Below, one piece after another: positions 1-12,851 of a DNA stretch of 64,000 bases. The translations under genes and the position numbers were made by a program. This DNA is from Eledone cirrhosa. Taxonomy: Eukaryota. Under the pieces are notes generated by a model. It ran no database searches. It had not been told where the DNA came from and saw only the letters and a list, made by a program, of their open reading frames with translations. The stretch spans positions 15,810,001-15,874,000 of the forward strand of contig OZ024758.1 in assembly GCA_964016885.1 (NCBI GenBank), written 5' to 3'. How positions within the stretch are numbered: the stretch's first letter is position 1; each line of letters starts with the position of its first letter.

Positions 1-133
1 GAGTTTTTTCAATTTTTTTAATTGTCAGTTGTTGTGGGTAGTGTTTTCAGACCAGCTGGTATCTCTTTTCCATGTTTCACTAGCCTTAATAAACTTCCAT
101 ATCTGCCCATCATCATGTGTGTGTGTGTAGAAG

Positions 134-491
134 AGGGGTCTCAAACTCAAGGACATAAAAGGGCCATTTAGTCCTGGAGGAGAGGCACGGTGGGCCAAAC
201 ATGGTGATGGGTAATGATTTTCACCAGTTATAATCATTTCTACTATAGGCACAAGGCATGAAATTTGGGGTTTAGGGTCCCGTCGATTACATCGATACCA
301 GTTCACAACTGGTACTTAATTTATCGACCCCAAAAGGATGAAAGGCAAAGTACCGCGAAGCATTTCGCCAGATGTGCTAACGATTCCACCAGCTCGCCGC
401 CTTATTTTCACCAGTTATAATGCAATCTGAAATATTGGTTCTACCACGGGCCATAGAAAAGTAGTTCGCGGGCCGTATGTTTGAGCCCCCA
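134..491. mobile_element. hAT/Charlie-like MITE with a nested SINE
   Basis: Ends GGGGTCTCAAAC ... GTTTGAGCCCC. The SINE at 235-403 is flanked by the 18-bp TSD ATTTTCACCAGTTATAAT. Confidence 0.6.
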
Positions 492-3400
492 GATGGAGAG
501 ATAGATAGATAGACGTGTACCAAACACACACATTTCTTACTCTGACTCTCCCTTTCTCTCTTTATTTATATATATAATTGTTTCTACTATTGGCACAAGG
601 CCAGAAAATTACCCAGTACATTACTGGTACTTTATTTTATCGACCCCGTAAGGATGAAAGGCAAAGTTAACCTCGGCGGGATTTGAACTCAGAATGGCAA
701 GGGCCGTAACTCTATGCGTCAAAGCATGGCGTCCGAACCTCTACCGATACTGCCAATCCAAATGCGTTGTTATTTGACGTTGTTGAAAAGAGCAGTGGCC
801 TTTGACCCGGCAATAAAAACTGGAAACAAAATTCTTTCTGTACCAAAAACAAGGCACACACAAGTTTGTGTGCGTGTATGTATCTATCTATGTCTAATAT
901 AAGGGATACAGATATTGTTTGCTCACTGTCACCAAGCATCTCAATTCATTCGTAGCAACTAAGTTTGTGATCGAGGCACTTTATTTTGCAAGTTAGTATT
1001 TTCCCCTTGAGTTTGTGATTCCAGAGAAAGGTAAAAAATTCTTCATATTTTGCATCTTTTGTATTTTGACTTGTATTTTGAATTGTAGAATTGTCTAGCC
1101 ACTAAAAATATTGCGACAGCTAACAGTGAAATATAGAATTTAAAAAAACAAACTTTTTCGACTGACATCAAGTCTTTGAGAACATTCACGTATATTTTTC
1201 AAAAATATATAATTTGAAATAGTTTGCTTTTGTTTTGGACTGAAACTTTTTTGTATTTAATTCGTACGAGTTTTTTTTTTTTAAGATTCTAACATAACTT
1301 GATTTGGTCCAGTAATTTACTGATATCAAAATCAGTAGTATATTGAAAAATGGAAAAATAGGGTAGGGGGCCTTTCGTGATTTCGAGGGGCAAAATGGGC
1401 CGAAATGGGTTGAGAACCAGTGGTTTAGCACTTTTGTTAACGAGATAAATACAATGTTTGTTTATGTATTTCTGTTTTCCTATGTATTGTGTGTGTATGC
1501 AAAAAGATCTGCACACGAATATATAATTATATATATATAAAATTAAAAGGTGTATGCGGGTTAGAAGCGAAGTCAATGTTCAAAATGGTTTTACAAATGT
1601 ACGTAAGATTGGCCGGTATAGTGTCTCACACGAAATAGTGTGGTTTCTTTTCACTTGTGTGTATATGCGTGTGGTATGTATCATAATCTATAAAGCTCAG
1701 TGTGTGGTCATGCTCCTTCGTTATAGAAATTTACGATATAGAATTTCTTCAATTGAAATTTACAATTCAGTATTCGAAATAGTTTCGATTGCGTCTTGAC
1801 GAAGATAATTTTTTCAATTTCACCCACAATTACGCAAAAAATAGATAAAACTCAATATTTTACGATTTTTCTCTCTCGAACTCTTTCTACTACCATTCAA
1901 AATCTATACAACTTCATACTTTCTGCTACTTTCTCTTTCCAAGCTTGGTGATACTGTCCGTTCACACCACTCCCTACTGTCTTAAATTTAGAAAACACAT
2001 ATCCTCTATGAGGTCACTAAACCTGCTAGAAACAACAGCTAACTCTCCCTCATATCACAACCCTCCCTACTGTCTTAAATTTAGAAAACACACAGACAAC
2101 CATGCAGAACAACTCCATCGCAGCTCTGTTGTTCAGCTGGCATCGTCTACGCGCGTGTTGCGCAAGTACTGTGAAACAATAAATTTCAACACTTTTTTTG
2201 CACAGAGATAATATCCATAGGCGAAACTACAATTGTCACTGCTGACGCAGCTCATGCTTCCAGGTCTGCAATTCATTCACCCAGTGCCTGGCAGACAAAA
2301 AAGTGCTGCCATAAAATGGGTGGTGCAACCTAACTTTGGTAACTTAATGACCCCGAGGAACGCCGGGCTTTAATGCTAGTCTATATATAAATCTGTGTAT
2401 ATTGTTGTTTATAGATTTTGTGAAGTACTTACAGTGATCCCTAAGGGATGTAGTGATTTATTTTTTTCCCCGTTCATGTCCACACGTGGCGAAAATCAAA
2501 TAAATATACTTCGTTTTAAGTAATTGTATGTTGAAGCTGGTACTAGTAGTTGGGGAACAGTCAAAGTATTTGTAATAATGGATATTGTAATCTATCTGAC
2601 ATGTGTTAAAAGGGCAGTTTTTGGTGATAATATATTTTGTTTGGGAAGACGTGGTCAAACATCCTTCCTTGTCGCCATTGTTACGACATAATTGTTTCTA
2701 CTTTTGGCACAAGGCCAGTAATTAACCAGTACATTACTGGTACTTTATTTTATCGACCCCGTAAGGATGAAAGGCAAAGTTAACCGGGATTTGAACTCAG
2801 AATGGCAAGGGGCGTAACTCTATGCGTCAAAGCATGGTGTCCGACCCCTCTACCGATACTGCCAATCCAATATATATATATTTAAACCATATTTGCAACG
2901 TTATTCTACTGTAAATTTATTGATGATTATAATGTCACATAAGATGTATACTTAAATATTTATTAAATCTAATTATTTAATGAGAGAGGGAGAGAGAAAG
3001 AAAAAGTGTGCAACATATTCCATTAGTGGGCCACTTTTGAACATTGGAACAACAATTAGGGCCAGTCACTGTCAAAAATATCTAATCTAATGAAAACCAC
3101 TATTCCAAAGATTCACAACTTTTTTCCATAACATGAGACTGGGAAATTATAACACAGATAAGTTTAGTATAGGTCAACTAACAGAAAATTATATTACGGT
3201 GATGAAAAAAATTGTACTAAATTAATCTGTAAGAAATACTGCCAGAGACAAGAAATCCAGAATTAATCCATGTTAGCTTTGCCTTTCATCATTACGGGGT
3301 CACTAAAATAAAGTACCAGTAATCAACTTTCCTCTCCTCCTCTTACAAATTGTAGAAATTATTATTATTACTATTATATATACAAATGTTTTGTAGAAAA

Positions 3401-3597
3401 TCTGTAGAAGCAAGCGTGCTTTGAAGAGACGAAAAACTGTTGGGTTTAGGAATGTTATGAAGTAGGTTTGAAATATTTACAAATATCTATAAATTTTAAA
3501 CCCAAATAGTAGAGATGTCGCCGATTAATGTAGATAATAAGGAGGCTAGAGTCCATTATTAAAAGATGTTTCATAAATATTGAGTTGTATGTATGTA

Positions 3598-3785
3598 CAA
3601 AGGTCAGTGGAAAAGTTCACAGGCTGACCAAGATACTCTCATGGAATGACCAAATGAGGTTTATTTTTCAACATAGCCCCCGGAAATGTAGTTACTAATA
3701 ATAAGAGTTGAAATTAATGCATGCAAGATTTCACAGCCCAATCATCACTCCATAGTCAGCCTATGAACTTTTCAACCCACCCTCG
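3598..3785. mobile_element. mariner-like MITE
   Basis: TA flanks; imperfect TIR ...GAAAAGTTCACAGGCTGAC / GTCAGCCTATGAACTTTTC...CCCTCG. Confidence 0.7.
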
Positions 3786-4873
3786 TATATGTACATGAAT
3801 TAATTATTTCGACTAGGTAGAACAAGTTGTTAAAGAACATTTTTAAACATACAAAAAACTGAAAATCTATACAGAAAGTATATGTATACATAATTATATT
3901 TTCAAAATAGTATATATATATAAATATATATATATTTAAAACAACTTACTTGCTTTTCACACGATCTCCGAAGTAAATGTTTGGTTTAAAATTGGCGCGA
4001 TCAACTTGTTAGAAGGATAAACAAAATAAGGTGACAAGTGAAACTAGGTTCCGTCAATAACAGAATTCCGTTGTTGACTGACTCAGAAGCGGTGTGTTTG
4101 ACCACTTATCAAAAGCGGCTAATGAGATAGACAATACTTTAAGTAACAAAAAATAATTTATCTTAACTCGTTAACTTTGAAATGTTACCGATCAATCATC
4201 TCTCTCTCCTGTTCTGTACTTGGAAAACTACTTTTTTCTTTTTAATGCTCTTTGAATTAGCTCGGGGTTATAGATTTTTAATTAAAAGACGGTATCTTAT
4301 GTAAGCAAAACGACTTAAGTTTGATGGTGGATCCTCGCCGGTTTCGACAATGAATATATACTACTTGTTCCAATCCACTCGCTAACTTGGAAGTGGCAGA
4401 GTATTTCACAGACAATATAAACGTGTTTTAAATAATATATTTAGGGTCCTCCCAACCCTTTCTTTGGCAAGATTTCTGCGACTGGATGCCCTTCCTATCA
4501 CCAACCACTTTACAACGTGTACTGGGTGCGTTTATCGTGTAAATCACCAACACTAGGGAAGTTATCATGTGCCCTCGACACTACTTGACGGTCCTCCCGA
4601 CTCTGTCTGGCAAGATTTCTACGGCTGGATGCCCTTCCTATCACCAACCACTTTACAGCGCATACTGGGTGCTGCTAAAAATGAGTGTATGTGTGTGTGT
4701 GAGGGGGGAGGAGAATAACTATTAGGGAGTGTAATATATACTTCTACTTTTAGGTTAGATTACTAGGAGTCTACCCCCAGGGAAAGATGATTGTGAAGTA
4801 TTTTTTATTTTAGATTACTTTATTGGGAATCGACCCATCGATGACTTTGTACTCTCTTTCTTTCTCTCTCACC

Positions 4874-4946
<73 letters not shown>

Positions 4947-4974
4947 ATCAAAAGATGGTTAAAAGAGTTCTATG

Positions 4975-5045
4975 TATTTTATTATGCGCATTTCAAAAAC
5001 AAATATCATCATGCAATAACATTTGTGTTTTCGTCAGATAAAATA
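4975..5045 (-). ncRNA. Minimal type I hammerhead ribozyme (intact core)
   Basis: Minus strand: TATTTTAT-CTGACGA-[long helix II hairpin]-GAAA-TGCGCA (palindrome)-TA-ATAAAATA. Helix I is 8 bp; predicted cleavage after AUA. Confidence 0.8.
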
Positions 5046-5140
5046 GGAAGACATGATATGAAGGTTAAAATACACTTGTGAATAGTGCAGTTTTAAATCA
5101 ACATTCACAAGTGTATTTTAACCTTCATATCATGTCTTCC

Positions 5141-5211
5141 TATTTTATCTGGCGAAAACACAAATGTTATTGCATGATGATATTTGTTTTTGAAATGCGC
5201 ATAATAAAATA
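5141..5211 (+). ncRNA. Minimal hammerhead ribozyme, inverted copy with core mutation
   Basis: Same motif in the right arm of the inverted repeat, but the core reads CTGGCGA instead of CTGACGA. Confidence 0.65.
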
Positions 5212-5362
5212 CATGGAACTCTTTTAACCATCTTTTGATCTTATATATTATTTATACTCCAGTCCTACAAACTGTAGAGTGCTTCTTATCCGATATCTGC
5301 ATTGCTTTATTGTACTACAATAAAACTCACCTCCTACACATATATATATATATGTATGTATA

Positions 5363-5849
5363 CAGTTCTCCCCCGGTATTTGCGGGGGTTAGGTTTCTAG
5401 AGCACCCGCGAAAGGTGAAAAATCGCGAACATTGGACGTGGTCCATAAAAATGCCCATAAACGTCAAAATATAACGTAATTAAAAAAAAGGGAGCCCTCC
5501 CCCCCAATATATATACAATTTACTCCCGGCATTCGCGGAGTTTTCTTTAGAATCTAACTAATAATTGTTAGTGGAAACCACCGCATATTCGCGGAATCGT
5601 AAATATCTAACATTTTTTATGGCTTTTTTCGTGGCAATATATATATATCTCTTTAACACTAAATTATTAATAACAATATACCGTGTTTGCCGGTATGTTC
5701 GACCGCCCCTTCGCATAAGGCGTTCCCTCTTTTTTTAATTATATTTTAAGTTTATAAGCATTTCTATGAACCACGTGTAATATTCGCGGTTTTTCACTCT
5801 TCGCGTGTTCTCAAGGAACGTAACCCCCGCGAATAGCGAGGGACAACCG
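5363..5849. mobile_element. pogo/Tigger-like non-autonomous DNA transposon
   Basis: TA flanks; TIR CAGTTCTCCCCCGGTATTTGCGGGGGTTA / TAACCCCCGCGAATAGCGAGGGACAACCG; internal TTCGCGG motifs. Confidence 0.75.
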
Positions 5850-6078
5850 TATATATATAAATGAGAATGCGCGCGTGTTTGTGTATTAGCGATATAAATT
5901 TCCTTTTAAGGAAATTCGTTGCGTTTGATCCAATAATTTGACCACCTAGAGAAGCATTATCAAATGATTTCGTTACTTTAGTACTTGATGTATCGTATAT
6001 GTCGAAATGTACATTTCATAGTTGATAAATGTATCTTTTTCATTTTCATTAAACCTTAAAAGAAATATCCCCCTCCCC

Positions 6079-6113
<35 letters not shown>

Positions 6114-6398
6114 CAGACACACACTCTCTCTTTCTCACACACACACTCTCTCTTTCTCACACACACACACTCTCTCTTTCTCACACACACTCTCTTTCTC
6201 ACACACACACACACTCTCTTTCTCACACACATACACTCTCTCTTTCGCACATGATAAAGTTATATCTGTATAAATACAGAGTACGTAACCGAGACTGCAC
6301 CAACGTGTATACACATATACATATATATATATACACATGTCTAATTTGTAGGCATGTAAACATGCAAGAAAATACGAATTTCTCTGTAAATTGAAAAA

Positions 6399-6468
6399 AA
6401 AATGATAAACATCTTTAATCGATTTTCGGATCTTTTGGACCCTCATCAGAAGACGTGTGTATCATTTT
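6399..6468 (-). ncRNA. Minimal type I hammerhead ribozyme
   Basis: Minus strand: ACGTCTT-CTGATGA-GGGTC caaaa GATCC-GAAA-ATCGAT (palindrome)-TA-AAGATGT. Helix I extends through AAAATGATA/TATCATTTT. Confidence 0.8.
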
Positions 6469-6675
6469 ATCAATAACAGGGCTCGCGCTTAATAATTGTT
6501 TCTACTATTGGCACAAGGCCAGCAATTATCCCAGTGCATTACTGGTACTTTATTTTATCGACCCTGTAAGGATGAAAGGCAAAGTTAACCTCGGTGGGAT
6601 TTGAACTCAGACCACAAAGGGCCGTAACTCTATGCTGGAAAGCATGGCGTCCGACCCTCTAACGATACTGCCAAT

Positions 6676-6860
6676 TCACCGCCCGCGCTTAATAATAAAG
6701 TTCAGCTCGGTGTGGCGAGCGAAACCACCAGCATTCATGCGGCAAGACAAACCATGGAGACCTATTGAATCAAGAGGCCTACCACAGTGATATTTCAGTT
6801 CCCCACACTCCAATGACATCGGCTCCCACTCTGAGTGCAATGGCGATGCAGAGCTCATCC
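6676..6860 (-). mobile_element. CRE-clade non-LTR retrotransposon fragment (zinc-knuckle region)
   Basis: HCGRPLDSIGLHGLSCRMNAGGFARHTELNFIIKR matches the CG..D..G.H.L.C....G...RH..LN pattern that precedes the restriction-like endonuclease. Confidence 0.7.
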
Positions 6861-7450
6861 AGACTGACTAGTCAACTGATATAGGCCTTAAGGCAGGGCT
6901 TCAAGCCAGTGCCCCAAGAATTTTGCTCTCGCAGAAAGTTGGCGACACCTTGAGAATTGATCAGATTGATCAAAGAGAGGGTTGAAGGTGTTCCTCGAAC
7001 ACAGATTGTCCCAAACACTCAGCTTCAGTCTATCCTCCTTCTCTGTATCAGGAACTGACAAACCTAGCTATCTCTCTCTGTCTCTCCACTGTAGTAGAGT
7101 TTCATCTATCTCCCTTTTTGAACTAGTCCATATTGGAAAGGAGAGGACGTTACCCACTAGAGGGGAGCAAGCATGGATGGAGGAAAGAAAGCAGGGAAGA
7201 GACAGAGACGATCATTTATGCAGATTTAGGCCCGTTTGGGCTACGCGGCTTGGTCACGAAACTCTGGAGAGAGCCTGACGTTGACCAAGTATTCAAGTTT
7301 ACCAAAGATTAGGTCGTCAAAGTGTTGGAGAGATGAGAGAATCTATATGCGGGGCGGACTCTGAGCATATACAATAACTTAGGAATCGACAGGTAATTCC
7401 TAAGTATATATATATTTTAAAAAACCTGATGAGGCTCAATTACCTCAATG

Positions 7451-7624
7451 CAGACATGCTAACCTCTAAAAACATAAACGGGGAGAACCATGAAAAAAAG
7501 TGCCCCAAAACGGGGAGTTTTACATAATGAAACCTATACCCATTTTCACAAGAGAAGACATTACTCACCCACCCCAAAATGGGTGGGAGATCACCCCGCC
7601 GGACAGGGAGAGTTGACAGGTCTG
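7451..7624. mobile_element. MITE with CAGACCTGCCAAC-type TIRs (hAT-like, tentative)
   Basis: TIR CAGACATGCTAAC / GTTGACAGGTCTG; TCAATG direct repeat on both sides. Copies at 13546-13738, 17635-17806 and 48659-48856. Confidence 0.75.
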
Positions 7625-8525
7625 TCAATGTTTTTTAGTAGTTGTGACATGATCGCAACTTAAAATATTCATAGCGAGACTCAAGTATGTTTATTATACG
7701 CCTTCATATACACCTCTATTGTGAATCACGCGCTGTTAGTGATACTATTAATACACATATCTATATAAATACACACATATGCATAAATACATGCATACGT
7801 ACATTGAGACACATGTATGTGTGTGTGTGTATATGTGTATGAATATGTATGTGTGTGTGTGTATGTATGTGTGTGTATGTATGTGTGCGCGTGTCCATGT
7901 ATGTATGTGTGTGTGTGTGTGTGTGTTTCCATGTATCTATGTGTGGGTATTTACACTTACGCACAACATTTCATTTTACATTGCATACTAAAAATGTTAC
8001 CCCCCCTTTATTACTTGTCTCACTAGCGCTTTTTTATTACCAACTATGAGGAGTACACGATACTTCCCTCAGTCTGTCATGGCTTACTAGCTCTATACGC
8101 ACGTTTAAATTGACTGAATAAATAAATAAATAAATAAATAAATAAACAAATAAACATACATACATTCGATGTAAAAGATCCGGGGACCAAACATGGACTA
8201 ATATTCAACGGAGAACTAATTTCCTCCGTAACCGATACTCTCAGGTTTATCTTGATATTGTTGTTTACAATAGAAGAGAATGTATCTGCTATTATCTGTT
8301 GCTGCAATACGGTACGTTGGAATGAGTATAACTTTGCTATTAACTTCGCGAATTAAAATATTCAATGCTTATCTGCCTTGTAAAATATACTTAATTCATG
8401 CATACATAAATACTCATATATATATATATATTTAATATTATACATTAAATATTTAGCTCTGTAACTTACATAGAGCACTCTTCATTCCTCTGACTTTTCC
8501 AATTTTCAACGGAAACTTCAATACT

Positions 8526-8589
<64 letters not shown>

Positions 8590-8591
<2 letters not shown>

Positions 8592-8824
8592 GGGTGTACC
8601 CCCAAAGAGATGTATATACACTCTGATTACCTGTACAGGCAATATCTATTAGAATGTGTAACGGAATATTATGTGTGGTTTCGCCGCCGTTATAAATGCA
8701 CAGCCTTTTCCAAAAATAAAATTATCTACAGATATAATTCAATTGTATGTAAACACAAAAAAATATTTATTTGAATGCATTTTAAAAATATTTTTTTGTA
8801 TTTACAATTTTTTGGAACACCCTG
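8590..8824. mobile_element. Tc1/mariner MITE (CAGGGTG termini)
   Basis: CAGGGTG...CACCCTG within TA tracts. Shorter relatives at about 33208-33288, 41438-41516, 47434-47576 and 63192-63290. Confidence 0.7.
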
Positions 8825-8985
8825 TATATATATATATATATATATACACATAATTTCTTTTGAATGAAACAGTTCAGGTCCCGTAGAAGCCATTTTTATA
8901 TAAAACCTGATATTTACATTTTACTAATGTATTGAGTACCTTACTAACTGTGGTTACCTTCGATTGAACTCGGAATTCTCACACA

Positions 8986-9019
<34 letters not shown>

Positions 9020-9034
<15 letters not shown>

Positions 9035-9328
9035 TGTTATTTCTGTTTATCTTTTACATACATACATATATATATATATAAATGAATGAAAGGTATAGAA
9101 ATTGTTTTAGCGAGAAGCTAATAGTATTCTATATATATATATATATGTGTGTGAGTGTGTTGTTATTTCTGTTTATCTTTTACATACATACATATATATA
9201 TATATATATAATGGAAAAATTTGAACAGGGACAAAACAGAGAGGCAGTACAACAAATGTTTATTAATTTCACGCTCTGGAGAGTATATTTATGTGTGTGT
9301 GAGTGTGTTGTTATTTCTGTTTATCTTT

Positions 9329-9394
<66 letters not shown>

Positions 9395-9508
9395 GGAAAA
9401 ATTTGAACAGGGACAAAACAGAGGCAGTACAACAAATGTTTATTAATTTCACGCTCTGGAGAGTATATTTATGTGTGTGTGAGTGTGTTGTTATTTCTGT
9501 TTATCTTT

Positions 9509-9540
<32 letters not shown>

Positions 9541-9658
9541 ATGGAAAAATTTGAACAGGGACAAAACAGAGAGGCAGTACAACAAATGTTTATTAATTTC
9601 ACGCTCTGGAGAGTATATTTATGTGTGTGTGAGTGTGTTGTTATTTCTGTTTATCTTT

Positions 9659-9712
<54 letters not shown>

Positions 9713-9720
9713 GTGTGTGT
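9020..9720. repeat. Tandem repeat of about 150-180 bp including a variable (TA)n
   Basis: ATGGAAAAATTTGAACAGGGAC recurs at 9211, 9393 and 9541. Confidence 0.9.
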
Positions 9721-10184
9721 GTATATATATATATGTGCGTGTGTAATTCGTGTATACAATATCAACAACCTCACATTAGATATTTTTTAATTGCCAAAGC
9801 ACAACACCTTTTTTACGTGTTGTAGTTGCTGGTGTGATGTTTAAATGATACATTCGATATTGCAGTTGTTTTAGTATTTGTCTTAGTCTGGTAATATAAA
9901 CATAAACACGGGTGTATCTGTATTGTTTACATCCTCTGTTGTAGATACGTAAAAGAAATCGATTATATTTCAGACAATCGATATATATTTTGTTGTTAAC
10001 TGATCAGCGTACGTTTAACGAAAATCAATTTCGATTATCGATTATCATTACTTCGTCGTTATCATTACATTGAAAGGAATCGAATTGAATAAATTTTCTT
10101 GGGGAATAATGGTGCGTTGAGGTGTGGGGGAAGAAATAGGTTTTGGTAGTAACATTTTAAAGGTAAGCTTATTATTCAATACCA

Positions 10185-10415
10185 TTTGTGAGCAAATGGG
10201 GGCCCACGCGCTGGTCACTCCGGGGCCCCGTCGGACAGAATAGAGAAGGCGTTTTCGCAGAGGATGGTGAGGGGGACGCTTTGATGAGCCATTTCAGCTT
10301 GCAGGGGCTTACACCTGTGTGTAGCCAACTTGGGGTGGTAAGCCCTACGTCCAAGGATACTAGATATCTCCACAGCCAGGGGCTCGACCGCAAATCTGTC
10401 GGAGATCGACCGATA
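10185..10415 (-). mobile_element. CRE-clade LINE 3' fragment
   Basis: EPLAVEISSILGRRAY...LTILCENAFSILS; homologous to the copies at 15039 and 58583. Confidence 0.7.
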
Positions 10416-10761
10416 TTTGGAGAATATCACAAATATTTGTATGCTGTGTGTATCTATGTATCTGTTCACATATATCTTAGTGCGTGTGTGCATATATTAT
10501 TATTTTTCAACTAATTTTAGTATTTTTTTTCTTCATTTTCAGGACTGAATTTCTGTTGATATTTTGGCTGCTGTTTCTAAATCTCGTCTCATTTGGAATA
10601 ATTGTAGTAAATCTACAGTTAATGGAGGAAGAAAAGAATAATGCACAGCAAATATATGTATTTTATGATCGTACAGAAGAATAACTAATGGCCAGCTTAT
10701 AACTCCACCTTTCTCTACAAAGGATATATAATATAATATATATATATATATATATACATAT

Positions 10762-10821
<60 letters not shown>

Positions 10822-10870
10822 TTCTCTGAGAGATTTCTCTCATTGAGATGTTTAAGTATTAGAGACTAAC

Positions 10871-10928
<58 letters not shown>

Positions 10929-11098
10929 TATATATATATTGTATATATTATATTTACACGTATACATTATATTATTTATTTATGTTCATACACAGAACAA
11001 AGGCGATACTCAGGGTTTCAAAGCACGAACTTGACCATACCTCCAGAAAAGAAGAGGCGTCAAAATAGTGACGTTTTTTCATGCACTAGGATATTGCT

Positions 11099-11191
<93 letters not shown>

Positions 11192-11892
11192 CACACACAC
11201 ATACACATATATATATACAAGGGCCTAGAATCAAGCAGTAAAACATGAGTGTAGATAAAGGAGCTGTGATTTTATCACATATGGTCACTGACAGCTTGAG
11301 ATTAAAGTTTTTCCAATGGCTACACACAAAATACAGTTGGTGGTACAGTTTTACAGAAATATATTACATATTGCATCACCACCATGTTTTATATTAATAC
11401 AATATTTATAAATGTTTTCCATTATGCTACTACTGTATATTATAATTCAGAGCAGTGTTGTATATCCCAACTGCGCTCCCAATAAACTTTTACTCAATTT
11501 ATATACACACACACACACAGAGAAGCAACCGTCTCAGCTGGAGATGGTTGCTTCTGACAGGACTCGCTGGAATAAATGAGCAAAGAAGAAGACACATACA
11601 CACATTTATGTATATATATATATATATATATATATTTAGGTAGGTATATAAATATATGTATGAATATATATATATGTACAATCCAATCCAATCCAATCCA
11701 GAGCCTTCTCACTCATGTTGGCGAAACCCCTCCTTGGTTGACCTCCACTTCTTTCTGTTTGGTTTTGGTTATGTCATGCTTGGCCAATTGCGGGTTGGTG
11801 AGGATATTTAACCCATACGTTTGGGGCGGATGGCCAATGACACTGAGGAGTTCATTCACCCTTTCTCTCTCTCTCTCTCTATATATATATAT

Positions 11893-12084
11893 AAATTAGG
11901 TAGTAACATGTGCTAAACTAAATAAAATTAGTCTGTTTGTTGGGATTTTGAAAAACCCTCTGAAATGAAAAAGGGATTTTTTCCATTCAGACTAATTTTA
12001 TTTAATCAAATACGGTGTAAGCACATGTTACTACCTAATTTTCTAGCTATTTGTAAACAAAGCCTGCTTTGTGTCTCCCTATTT
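11893..12084. mobile_element. Hairpin-plus-tail element in (TA)n
   Basis: Inverted arms AAATTAGGTAGTAACATGTGCT..AAATAAAATTAGTCTG / CAGACTAATTTTATTT..AGCACATGTTACTACCTAATTT, followed by a unique tail. Confidence 0.45.
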
Positions 12085-12336
12085 ATATACATATACATAT
12101 ATACATATACATACATATACATATATATATGTTAAGTATTTCCGTAGAAAGGGTAAAAGAAAGAAGAGTGTTCTATGTATAGTACAGAGCTATTTAATTA
12201 CATAATAAACAGCACAATATAATTATTCCAATTATATAAATTATATATATATATAACCCTGGATGAAAGCATGGCCGAGTGGTATAAAACGTTCCCTTTG
12301 TAACAAGCTTCCAGGTTCTGTCCCAGGCGTAGCATC

Positions 12337-12380
<44 letters not shown>

Positions 12381-12385
<5 letters not shown>

Positions 12386-12575
12386 AATGAGTAGCACCCC
12401 GACGGCTGAACTCAAGCCGTTTCGATGGCTAATTCTGGACCAGAATTAGCCGTCGAAAAGGCTTGAGCTCAGCCGTCGGGGTCCTACTTGTTCCTATTAC
12501 CCACTCTACTACCCTAAGTATTGAGTACTTTGGTGCGTTATGGTCCACCTGGTTCCTTACCACATTTCCTTCGTT
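12381..12575. mobile_element. Hairpin-plus-tail element carrying the 3' half of a hammerhead
   Basis: Imperfect palindrome 12381-12497; the left arm on minus reads GAAA-CGGCT tgagttc AGCCG-TC. About 75-bp tail; flanked by (TA)n. Confidence 0.55.
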
Positions 12576-12768
12576 ATATATATATATATATCACGATAAA
12601 TTAACGGAACCGTAGACTCTCGCTATTCCCTGTCAATAATGTGCTCAAAGGAGAAGGAATCCTGAGCTCTTTAAAATACAATATGTTGAAAAGGTAACAA
12701 ACTAGAGAGAGATAGTAGCTGGGCGGTTGCTTTAGATTCTCTTAGAGTTGTCTGGAATGTATAGCCTT

Positions 12769-12851
12769 ACACACGCTGATGAACCATGGGCTACTTCATT
12801 TCAGTCAACAACAACTTGGTGAAACAGATCTCTTTGGATTTGTACGTGTGT
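12769..12851 (+). ncRNA. Type I hammerhead ribozyme with full helix III
   Basis: ACACACG-CTGATGA-ACCA(30 nt)TGGT-GAAA-CAGATC tctttg GATTTG-TA-CGTGTGT. All three helices pair; predicted cleavage after GUA at 12844. Confidence 0.85.

Larger units (their letters stand above)
4941..5339. mobile_element. Non-autonomous Penelope-like derivative: about 140-bp inverted repeat plus about 95-bp unique tail, in (TA)n
   Basis: Near-perfect arms at about 4941-5083 and 5103-5245, each with a hammerhead. A truncated copy with the same arm and tail lies at 53181-53352, and a stub at about 47042-47078. Confidence 0.65.

Noticed and set aside
7415-7450. CTGATGAGG...CC next to a MITE
   Set aside because: No GAAA even after removing the MITE and its TSD.
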